A stretch of 64,000 bases of DNA from Auanema rhodensis (lineage: Eukaryota; Animalia; Nematoda), in the NCBI GenBank assembly GCA_964057225.1, contig OZ059899.1, positions 19,344,001 through 19,408,000 on the forward strand. The letters are read 5' to 3'. The translations under genes and the position numbers were made by a program. The notes below the pieces were generated by a model that made no database searches, was not told the DNA's origin, and worked only from the letters and a program-made list of their open reading frames with translations. Positions within the stretch are counted from its first letter, which is position 1. Every line of letters begins with the position of its first letter. This document shows positions 53,601-64,000 of this stretch, piece after piece.

Positions 53601-55940
53601 ATAAAGAGATGCGGTTTTAAAAATTAGATTCCCCATGTCCATATTAGTCTAAAAACAGTTTTTTACTGATATTGGTGCATGGTAACCATGATTTTGAAAT
53701 TTACGTGAACTTTAATTTATGCTAATTAAATGTACACGTGGTGTGCACTCGGTATGTAACTCGCTTCACGTGAAAGATAAAGAGATGCGGTTAACAAAAT
53801 TAGATTTCCTATGTCCATATTAGTCTAAAAACAAATTTTTATTGATATTGGTTCATGGTAACCATGACTTTGAAATTTACGTGAACTTTAATTTATGCTT
53901 ATTAAATGTACACGTGGTGTGCACTCGGTATGTAACTCGCTTCACGTGAAAGATAAAAAGATGCGGTTTTCAAAATTTGATTCCTCATGTCCATATTAGT
54001 CTAAAAACAAATTTTTATTGATATTGGTGCATGGTAACCATGACTTTGAAATTTACGTGAACTTTAATTTATGCTAATTAAATGTACACGTGATGTGCAC
54101 TTGGTATGTAACTCGCTTCACGTGAAAGATAAAGAGATGCAGTTCTCAAAATTAGATTCCCCATGTCCATATTAGTCTAGAAACAAATTTTTATTGATAT
54201 TGGTGCATGGTAACCATGACTTTGAAATTTACGTGAACTTTAATTTATGCTAATTAAATGTACACGTGATGTGCACTTGGTATGTAACTTGCTTCACGTG
54301 AAAGATAAAGAGATGCGGTTTTCAAAATTAGATTCTTCATGTCCATATTAGTCTTAAAACAAATTTTCATTGATATTGGTGCATGGTAACCATGACTTTG
54401 AAATTTACGTGAACTTTAATTTATGCTAATTAAATGTACACGTGATGTGCACTTGGTATGTAACTCGCTTCACGTGAAAGATAAAGAGATGCAGTTCTCA
54501 AAATTAGATTCCCCATGTCCATATTAGTCTAAAAACAAATTTTTATTGATATTGGTGCATGGTAACCATGACTTTGAAATTTACGTGAACTTTATTTTAT
54601 GCTACATAAATGTACACGTGGTGTGCACTCGGTATGTATCTCGCTTCACGTGAAAGATAAAGAGATGCGGTTTCCACAATTAGATTCCCCATGTCCATAT
54701 TAGTCTAAAAACAGTTTTTTACTGATATTGGTGCATGGTAACCACGATTTTGAAATTTACGTGAACTTTATTTTATGCTACATAAATGTACACGTGGTGT
54801 GCACTCGGTATGTATCTCGCTTCACGTGAAAGATAAAGAGATGCGGTTTCCAAAATTAGATTCCCCATGTCCATATTAGTCTAAAAACAAATTTTTATCG
54901 ATATTGGTGCATGGTAACCATGACTTTGAAATTTACGTGAACTTTATTTTATGCTACATAAATGTACACGTGGTGTGCACTCGGTATGTATCTCGCTTCA
55001 CGTGAAAGATAAAGAGATGCGGTTTCCACAATTAGATTCCCCATGTCCATATTAGTCTAAAAACAGTTTTTTACTGATATTGGTGCATGGTAACCATGAT
55101 TTTGAAATTTACGTGAACTTTAATTTATGCTAATTAAATGTACACATGGTGTGCACTCGGTATGTAACTCGCTTCACGTGAAAGATAAAGAGATGCAGTT
55201 CTCAAAATTAGATTCCCCATGTCCATATTAGTCTAAAAACAAATTTTTATTGATATTGGTGCATGGTAACCATGACTTTGAAATTTACGTGAACTTTATT
55301 TTATGCTACATAAATGTACACGTGGTGTGCACTCGGTATGTATCTCGCTTCACGTGAAAGATAAAGAGATGCGGTTTCCAAAATTAGATTCCCCATGTCC
55401 ATATTAGTCTAAAAACAGTTTTTTATTGATATTGGTGCATGGTAACCATGACTTTGAAATTTACGTGAACTTTAATTTATGCTAATTAAATGTACACGTG
55501 ATGTGCACTTGGTATGTAACTCGCTTCACGTGAAAGATAAAGAGATGCAGTTCTCAAAATTAGATTCCCCATGTCCATATTAGTCTAAAAACAAATTTTT
55601 ATTGATATTGGTGCATGGTAACCATGACTTTGAAATTTACGTGAACTTTAATTTATGCTAATTAAATGTACACGTGGTGTGCACTCGGTATGTATCTCGC
55701 TTCACGTGAAAGATAAAGAGATGCGGTTTCCAAAATTAGATTCCCCATGTCCATATTAGTCTAAAAACAGTTTTTTACTGATATTGGTGCATGGTAACCA
55801 TGATTTTGAAATTTACGTGAACTTTATTTTATGCTACATAAATGTACACGTGGTGTGCACTCGGTATGTATCTCGCTTCACGTGAAAGATAAAGAGATGC
55901 GGTTTCCAAAATTAGATTCCCCATGTCCATATTAGTCTAA
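50660..55940 (+). repeat. Recent tandem duplication of a 15-monomer (2640 bp) block
   Basis: Rare alleles recur at exactly +2640: ATGCTTATT (lines 51241/53881), GATTCTTCAT (51691/54331), ACCACGATT (52101/54741), TTTCCACA (52381/55021), CAGTTTTTTATT (lines 52741/55381). I could find only about five differences by eye. Confidence 0.9.
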
Positions 55941-58339
55941 AAACAAATTTTTATCGATATTGGTGCATGGTAACCATGACTTTGAAATTTACGTGAACTT
56001 TATTTTATGCTAATTAAATGTACACGCGGTGTGCACTTGGTATGTAACTCGCTTCACGTGAAAGATAAAAAGATGCGGTTTTCAAAATTTGATTCCTCAT
56101 GTCCATATTAGTCTAAAAACAAATTTTTATTGATATTGGTGCATGGTAACCATGACTTTGAAATTTACGTGAACTTTAATTTATGCTAATTAAATGTACA
56201 CGTGATGTGCACTTGGTATGTAACTCGCTTCACGTGAAAGATAAAGAGATGCAGTTCTCAAAATTAGATTCCCCATGTCCATATTAGTCTAGAAACAAAT
56301 TTTTATTGATATTGGTGCATGGTAACCATGACTTTGAAATTTACGTGAACTTTAATTTATGCTAATTAAATGTACACGTGATGTGCACTTGGTATGTAAC
56401 TTGCTTCACGTGAAAGATAAAGAGATGCGGTTTTCAAAATTAGATTCTTCATGTCCATATTAGTCTTAAAACAAATTTTCATTGATATTGGTGCATGGTA
56501 ACCATGACTTTGAAATTTACGTGAACTTTAATTTATGCTAATTAAATGTACACGTGATGTGCACTTGGTATGTAACTCGCTTCACGTGAAAGATAAAGAG
56601 ATGCAGTTCTCAAAATTAGATTCCCCATGTCCATATTAGTCTAAAAACAGTTTTTTATTGATATTGGTGCATGGTAACCATGATTTTGAAATTTACGTGA
56701 ACTTTATTTTATGCTACATAAATGTACACGTGGTGTGCACTCGGTATGTATCTCGCTTCACGTGAAAGATAAAGAGATGCGGTTTCCAAAATTAGATTCC
56801 CCATGTCCATATTAGTCTAAAAACAAATTTTTATCGATATTGGTGCATGGTAACCATGACTTTGAAATTTACGTGAACTTTATTTTATGCTACATAAATG
56901 TACACGTGGTGTGCACTCGGTATGTATCTCGCTTCACGTGAAAGATAAAGAGATGCGGTTTCCAAAATTAGATTCCCCATGTCCATATTAGTCTAAAAAC
57001 AAATTTTTATTGATATTGGTGCATGGTAACCATGACTTTGAAATTTACGTGAACTTCAATTTATGCTAATTAAATGTACACGCGGTGTGCACTTGGTATG
57101 TAACTCGCTTCACGTGAAAGATAAAAAGATGCGGTTTTCAAAATTTGATTCCTCATGTCCATATTAGTCTAAAAACAAATTTTTATTGATATTGGTGCAT
57201 GGTAACCATGACTTTGAAATTTACGTGAACTTTAATTTATGCTAATTAAATGTACACGTGATGTGCACTTGGTATGTAACTCGCTTCACGTGAAAGATAA
57301 AGAGATGCAGTTCTCAAAATTAGATTCCCCATGTCCATATTAGTCTAGAAACAAATTTTTATTGATATTGGTGCATGGTAACCATGACTTTGAAATTTAC
57401 GTGAACTTTAATTTATGCTAATTAAATGTACACGTGATGTGCACTTGGTATGTAACTTGCTTCACGTGAAAGATAAAGAGATGCGGTTTTCAAAATTAGA
57501 TTCTTCATGTCCATATTAGTCTTAAAACAAATTTTCATTGATATTGGTGCATGGTAACCATGACTTTGAAATTTACGTGAACTTTAATTTATGCTAATTA
57601 AATGTACACGTGATGTGCACTTGGTATGTAACTCGCTTCACGTGAAAGATAAAGAGATGCAGTTCTCAAAATTAGATTCCCCATGTCCATATTAGTCTAA
57701 AAACAGTTTTTTATTGATGTTGGTGCATGGTAACCATGACTTTGAAATTTACGTGAACTTTAATTTATGCTAATTAAATGTACACGTGATGTGCACTTGG
57801 TATGTAACTTGCTTCACGTGAAAGATAAAGAGATGCAGTTCTCAAAATTAGATTCCCCATGTCCATATTAGTCTAAAAACAAATTTTTATTGATATTGGT
57901 GCATGGTAACCATGACTTTGAAATTTACGTGAACTTTAATTTATGCTAATTAAATGTACACGTGGTGTGCACTCGGTATGTATCTCGCTTCACGTGAAAG
58001 ATAAAGAGATGCGGTTTTCAAAATTAGATTCCCCATGTCCATATTAGTCTAAAAACAGTTTTTTACTGATATTGGTGCATGGTAACCATGATTTTGAAAT
58101 TTACGTGAACTTTATTTTATGCTACATAAATGTACACGTGGTGTGCACTCGGTATGTATCTCGCTTCACGTGAAAGATAAAGAGATGCGGTTTCCAAAAT
58201 TAGATTCCCCATGTCCATATTAGTCTAAAAACAAATTTTTATCGATATTGGTGCATGGTAACCATGACTTTGAAATTTACGTGAACTTTATTTTATGCTA
58301 CATAAATGTACACGTGGTGTGCACTCGGTATGTATCTCG

Positions 58340-61300
58340 CTTCACGTGAAAGATAAAGAGATGCGGTTTTCGAAATTAGATTCCCCATGTCCATATTAGT
58401 CTAAAAACAAATTTTTATTGATATTGGTGCATGGTAACCATGACTTTGAAATTTACGTGAACTTTAATTTATGCTAATTAAATGTACACGTGATGTACAC
58501 TTGGTATGTAACTCGCTTCACGTGAAAGATAAAGAGATGCAGTTCTCAAAATTAGATTCTTCATGTCCATATTAGTCTTAAAACAAATTTTCATTGATAT
58601 TGGTGCATGGTAACCATGACTTTGAAATTTACGTGAACTTTAATTTATGCTAATTAAATGTACACGTGATGTGCACTTGGTATGTAACTCGCTTCACGTG
58701 AAAGATAAAGAGATGCAGTTCTCAAAATTAGATTCCCCATGTCCATATTAGTCTAAAAACAGTTTTTTATTGATATTGGTGCATGGTAACCATGACTTTG
58801 AAATTTACGTGAACTTTAATTTATGCTAATTAAATGTACACGTGATGTGCACTTGGTATGTAACTCGCTTCACGTGAAAGATAAAGAGATGCAGTTCTCA
58901 AAATTAGATTCCCCATGTCCATATTAGTCTAAAAACAGTTTTTTACTGATATTGGTGCATGGTAACCATGATTTTGAAATTTACGTGAACTTTATTTTAT
59001 GCTACATAAATATACACGTGGTGTGCACTCGGTATGTATCTCGCTTCACGTGAAAGATAAAGAGATGCGGTTTCCAAAATTAGATTCCCCATGTCCATAT
59101 TAGTCTAAAAACAAATTTTTATCGATATTGGTGCATGGTAACCATGACTTTGAAATTTACGTGAACTTTATTTTATGCTACATAAATGTACACGTGGTGT
59201 GCACTCGGGATGTATCTCGCTTCACGTGAAAGATAAAGAGATGCGGTTTCCAAAATTAGATTTCCCATGTCCATATTAGTCTAAAAACAGTTTTTTACTG
59301 ATATTGGTGCATGGTAACCATGATTTTGAAATTTACGTGAACTTTAATTTATGCTAATTAAATGTACACATGGTGTGCACTCGGTATGTAACTCGCTTCA
59401 CGTGAAAGATAAAGAGATGCGGTTTTCGAAATTAGATTCCCCATGTCCATATTAGTCTAAAAACAAATTTTTATTGATATTGGTGCATGGTAACCATGAC
59501 TTTGAAATTTACGTGAACTTTAATTTATGCTAATTAAATGTACACGTGATGTGCACTTGGTATGTAACTCGCTTCACGTGAAAGATAAAGAGATGCAGTT
59601 CTCAAAATTAGATTCCCCATGTCCATATTAGTCTAAAAACAAATTTTTATTGATATTGGTGCATGGTAACCATGACTTTGAAATTTACGTGAACTTTAAT
59701 TTATGCTAATTAAATGTACACGTGATGTGCACTTGGTATGTAACTTGCTTCACGTGAAAGATAAAGAGATGCGGTTTTCAAAATTAGATTCCCCATGTCC
59801 ATATTAGTCTTAAAACAAATTTTTATTGATATTGGTGCATGGTAACCATGACTTTGAAATTTACGTGAACTTTAATTTATGCTAATTAAATGTACACGTG
59901 ATGTGCACTTGGTATGTAACTTGCTTCACGTGAAAGATAAAGAGATGCGGTTTTCAAAATTAGATTCCCCATGTCCATATTAGTCTTAAAACAAATTTTT
60001 ATTGATATTGGTGCATGGTAACCATGACTTTGAAATTTACGTGAACTTTAATTTATGCTAATTAAATGTACACGTGGTGTGCACCCGGTATGTAACTCGC
60101 TTCACGTGAAAGATAAAGAGATGAGGTTTTCCCAATTAGATTCCCCATGTCCATATTAGTCTAAAAACAAATTTTTATCGATATTGGTGCATGGTAACCA
60201 TGACTTTGAAATTTACGTGAACTTTATTTTATGCTACATAAATGTACACGTGGTGTGCACTCGGTATGTAACTCGCTTCACGTGAAAGATAAAGAGATGC
60301 GGTTTTCGAAATTAGATTCCCCATGTCCATATTAGTCTAAAAACAAATTTTTATTGATATTGGTGCATGGTAACCATGACTTTGAAATTTACGTGAACTT
60401 TAATTTATGCTAATTAAATGTACACGTGATGTGCACTTGGTATGTAACTCGCTTCACGTGAAAGATAAAGAGATGCAGTTCTCAAAATTAGATACTTCAT
60501 GTCCATATTAGTCTTAAAACAAATTTTCATTGATATTGGTGCATGGTAACCATGACTTTGAAATTTACGTGAACTTTAATTTATGCTAATTAAATGTACA
60601 CGTGATGTGCACTTGGTATGTAACTCGCTTCACGTGAAAGATAAAGAGATGCAGTTCTCAAAATTAGATTCCCCATGTCCATATTAGTCTAAAAACAGTT
60701 TTTTATTGATATTGGTGCATGGTAACCATGCCTTTGAAATTTACGTGAACTTTAATTTATGCTAATTAAATGTACACGTGATGTGCACTTGGTATGTAAC
60801 TCGCTTCACGTGAAAGATAAAGAGATGCAGTTCTCAAAATTAGATTCCCCATGTCCATATTAGTCTAAAAACAGTTTTTTACTGATATTGGTGCATGGTA
60901 ACCATGATTTTGAAATTTACGTGAACTTTATTTTATGCTACATAAATGTACACGTGGTGTGCACTCGGTATGTATCTCGCTTCACGTGAAAGATAAAGAG
61001 ATGCGGTTTCCAAAATTAGATTCCCCATGTCCATATTAGTCTAAAAACAAATTTTTATCGATATTGGTGCATGGTAACCATGACTTTGAAATTTACGTGA
61101 ACTTTATTTTATGCTACATAAATGTACACGTGGTGTGCACTCGGTATGTATCTCGCTTCACGTGAAAGATAAAGAGATGCGGTTTCCAAAATTAGATTCC
61201 CCATGTCCATATTAGTCTAAAAACAGTTTTTTACTGATATTGGTGCATGGTAACCATGATTTTGAAATTTACGTGAACTTTAATTTATGCTAATTAAATG

Positions 61301-62410
61301 TACACATGGTGTGCACTCGGTATGTAACTCGCTTCACGTGAAAGATAAAGAGATGCGGTTTTCGAAATTAGATTCCCCATGTCCATATTAGTCTAAAAAC
61401 AAATTTTTATTGATATTGGTGCATGGTAACCATGACTTTGAAATTTACGTGAACTTTAATTTATGCTAATTAAATGTACACGTGATGTGCACTTGGTATG
61501 TAACTCGCTTCACGTGAAAGATAAAGAGATGCAGTTCTCAAAATTAGATTCCCCATGTCCATATTAGTCTAAAAACAAATTTTTATTGATATTGGTGCAT
61601 GGTAACCATGACTTTGAAATTTACGTGAACTTTAATTTATGCTAATTAAATGTACACGTGATGTGCACTTGGTATGTAACTTGCTTCACGTGAAAGATAA
61701 AGAGATGCGGTTTTCAAAATTAGATTCCCCATGTCCATATTAGTCTTAAAACAAATTTTTATTGATATTGGTGCATGGTAACCATGACTTTGAAATTTAC
61801 GTGAACTTTAATTTATGCTAATTAAATGTACACGTGATGTGCACTTGGTATGTAACTTGCTTCACGTGAAAGATAAAGAGATGCGGTTTTCAAAATTAGA
61901 TTCCCCATGTCCATATTAGTCTTAAAACAAATTTTTATTGATATTGGTGCATGGTAACCATGACTTTGAAATTTACGTGAACTTTAATTTATGCTAATTA
62001 AATGTACACGTGGTGTGCACCCGGTATGTAACTCGCTTCACGTGAAAGATAAAGAGATGAGGTTTTCCCAATTAGATTCCCCATGTCCATATTAGTCTAA
62101 AAACAAATTTTTATCGATATTGGTGCATGGTAACCATGACTTTGAAATTTACGTGAACTTTATTTTATGCTACATAAATGTACACGTGGTGTGCACTCGG
62201 TATGTAACTCGCTTCACGTGAAAGATAAAGAGATGCGGTTTTCGAAATTAGATTCCCCATGTCCATATTAGTCTAAAAACAAATTTTTATTGATATTGGT
62301 GCATGGTAACCATGACTTTGAAATTTACGTGAACTTTAATTTATGCTAATTAAATGTACACGTGATGTGCACTTGGTATGTAACTCGCTTCACGTGAAAG
62401 ATAAAGAGAT
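58340..62410 (+). repeat. Recent tandem duplication of an 11-monomer (1936 bp) block
   Basis: The private allele GCACCCGG occurs at 60085 and 62021 (+1936), each followed by GAGGTTTTCCCAA. GAT(T/A)CTTCATG occurs at 58555/60491 and GGTTTTCGAA at 58365/60301. Confidence 0.88.
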
Positions 62411-63537
62411 GCGGTTTTCAAAAATAGATTCCTCATGTCCATATTAGTCTAAAAACAAATTTTTATTGATATTGGTGCATGGTAACCATGACTTTGAATT
62501 TTACGTGAACTTTAATTTATGCTAATTAAATGTACACGTGATGTGCACTTGGTATGTAACTTGCTTCACGTGAAAGATAAAGAGATGCGGTTTTCAGAAT
62601 TAGATTTCCCATGTCTATATTAGTCTTAAAACAAATTTTTATTGATATTGGTGCATGGTAACCATGACTTTGAAATTTACGTGAACTTTAATTTATGCTA
62701 ATTAAATGTACACGTGGTGTGCACTCGGTATGTAACTCGCTTCACGTGAAAGATAAAGAGATGCGGTTTTTAAAATTAGACTCCCCATGTCCATATTAGT
62801 CTAAAAACAAATTTTTATTGATATTGGTGCATGGTAACCATGACTTTGAAATTTACGTGAGCTTTAATTTATGCTAATTAAATGTACACGTGGTGTGCAC
62901 TCGGTATGTAACTCGCTTCACGTGAAAGATAAAGAGATGCGGTTTTTAAAATTAGATTCTCCATGTCCATATTAGTCTGAAAACAATTTTTTACTGATAT
63001 TGGTGCATGGTAACCATGACTTTGAAATTTACGTGAACTTTAATTTATGCTAATTAAATGTACAAGTGATGTGCACTTGGTATGTAACTCGCTTCACGTG
63101 AAAGATAAAGAGATGCGGTTTTCACAATTAGATTCCCCATGTCCATATTAGTCTAAAAACAAATTTTTATTGATATTGGTGCATGGTAACCATGACTTTG
63201 AAATCTACGTGAACTTTAATTTATGCTAATTAAATGTACACGTGATGTGCACTTGGTATGTAACTCGCTTCACGTGAAAGATAAAGAGATGCGGTTTTCA
63301 AAATTAGATTCCCCATGTCCATATTAGTCTAAAAACAAATTTTTATTGATATTGGTGCATGGTAACCATGACTTTGAAATTTACGTGAACTTTAATTTAT
63401 GCTAATTAAATGTACACGTGGTGTGCACTCCGCATGTAACTCGCTTCACGTGAAAGATAAAGAGATGCGGTTTTCAAAATTAGATTCCCCATGTCCATAT
63501 TAGTCTAAAAACAAATTTTTATTGATATTGGTGCATG

Positions 63538-63713
63538 GTAACCATGACTTTGAAATTTACGTGAACTTTAATTTATGCTAATTAAATGTACACGTGGTGT
63601 GCACTTGGTATGTAACTCGCTTCACGTGAAAGATAAGGAGTTTCAAAATTAGATTCCCCATGTCCATATTAGTCTTAAAACAAATTTTTATTGATATTGG
63701 TGCATGGTAACCA
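63538..63713 (+). other. Region containing the only shortened monomer (169 bp; 7-bp deletion of ATGCGGT between 63640 and 63641)
   Basis: GATAAGGAG|TTTCAAAATT here versus GATAAGGAGATGCGGTTTTCA in related monomers. The downstream phase shifts by -7. Confidence 0.9.
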
Positions 63714-64000
63714 TGACTTTGAAATTTACGTGAACTTTATTTTATGCTACATAAATGTACACGTGGTGTGCACTCGGTATGTAACTCGCTTCACGTGAAA
63801 GATAAAGAGATGCGGTTTTCGAAATTAGATTCCCCATGTCCATATTAGTCTAAAAACAAATTTTTATTGATATTGGTGCATGGTAACCATGACTTTGAAA
63901 TTTACGTGAACTTTAATTTATGCTAATTAAATGTACACGTGATGTGCACTTGGTATGTAACTCGCTTCACGTGAAAGATAAAGAGATGCGGTTTTCAAAA

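Larger units (their letters stand above)
1..64000. repeat. 176-bp tandem satellite DNA array (~363.6 monomers, head-to-tail, single orientation); probable centromeric/heterochromatic satellite
   Basis: The motif TGAYTTTGAAATTTACGTG recurs at 1, 177, ... 2641 (=1+15x176). The phase checks out at 40841 (232 units +8 bp of insertions) and at 63714 (362 units, +8 -7 bp). Monomers differ by only a few substitutions. The centromeric assignment is inferred from unit length and organisation only. Confidence 0.99.
16800..64000. repeat. Right variant domain (AAATGTAC-dominated monomers with higher-order cassette structure)
   Basis: T at position 43 predominates. Diagnostic alleles GGTTAAC/TTTCCTATG, CACGCGG, GATGAGG/TATCGATA, TATCTCG and CAGTTTTTT appear only right of ~17 kb. 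Confidence 0.75.

Noticed and set aside
1-64000. Protein-coding repeat or long ORF
   Set aside because: 176 is not a multiple of 3 and the monomer has stops in all three + frames (e.g. positions 1, 18, 35) and all three - frames (TTA/CTA at 13, 24, 38). No ORF can extend much beyond one monomer.
1-64000. CRISPR array or other repeat-spacer system
   Set aside because: There are no unique spacers. The entire unit is repeated with only point variants, and there is no leader or cas gene.
1-64000. Embedded transposon, inversion or strand switch within the array
   Set aside because: Monomer phase is fully accounted for from start to end by nine small indels, leaving no room for inserted sequence, and the orientation never changes.

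Overview
The whole 64 kb window is one uninterrupted head-to-tail tandem array of an AT-rich (~35% GC) 176-bp satellite monomer. There are 363 complete monomers plus a partial one, all in the same orientation, with no unique sequence, genes, RNA genes, transposon insertions or CRISPR spacers. Consensus read from position 1: TGAYTTTGAAATTTACGTGAACTTTAATTTATGCTAATTAAAYGTACACGTGRTGTGCACTYGGTATGTAACTCGCTTCACGTGAAAGATAAAGAGATGCGGTTTTCAAAATTAGATTCCCCATGTCCATATTAGTCTAAAAACAAATTTTTATTGATATTGGTGCATGGTAACCA. Nucleosome-like unit length, high homogeneity and higher-order structure point to eukaryotic centromeric, pericentromeric or heterochromatic satellite DNA (inference). I do not recognise the family or the organism. 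Only nine indels are needed to explain the monomer phase across the window: one +T, seven copies of the same +G, and one 7-bp deletion. All the information lies in the variant pattern: layered variant domains, a recurring ~13-14-monomer higher-order cassette, recent 11-mer and 15-mer tandem duplications, a monomer rich in dyad symmetry with three phased ACGTG cores, and many variants that perfect local palindromes. I see no evidence of a new protein-coding or prokaryotic system here.
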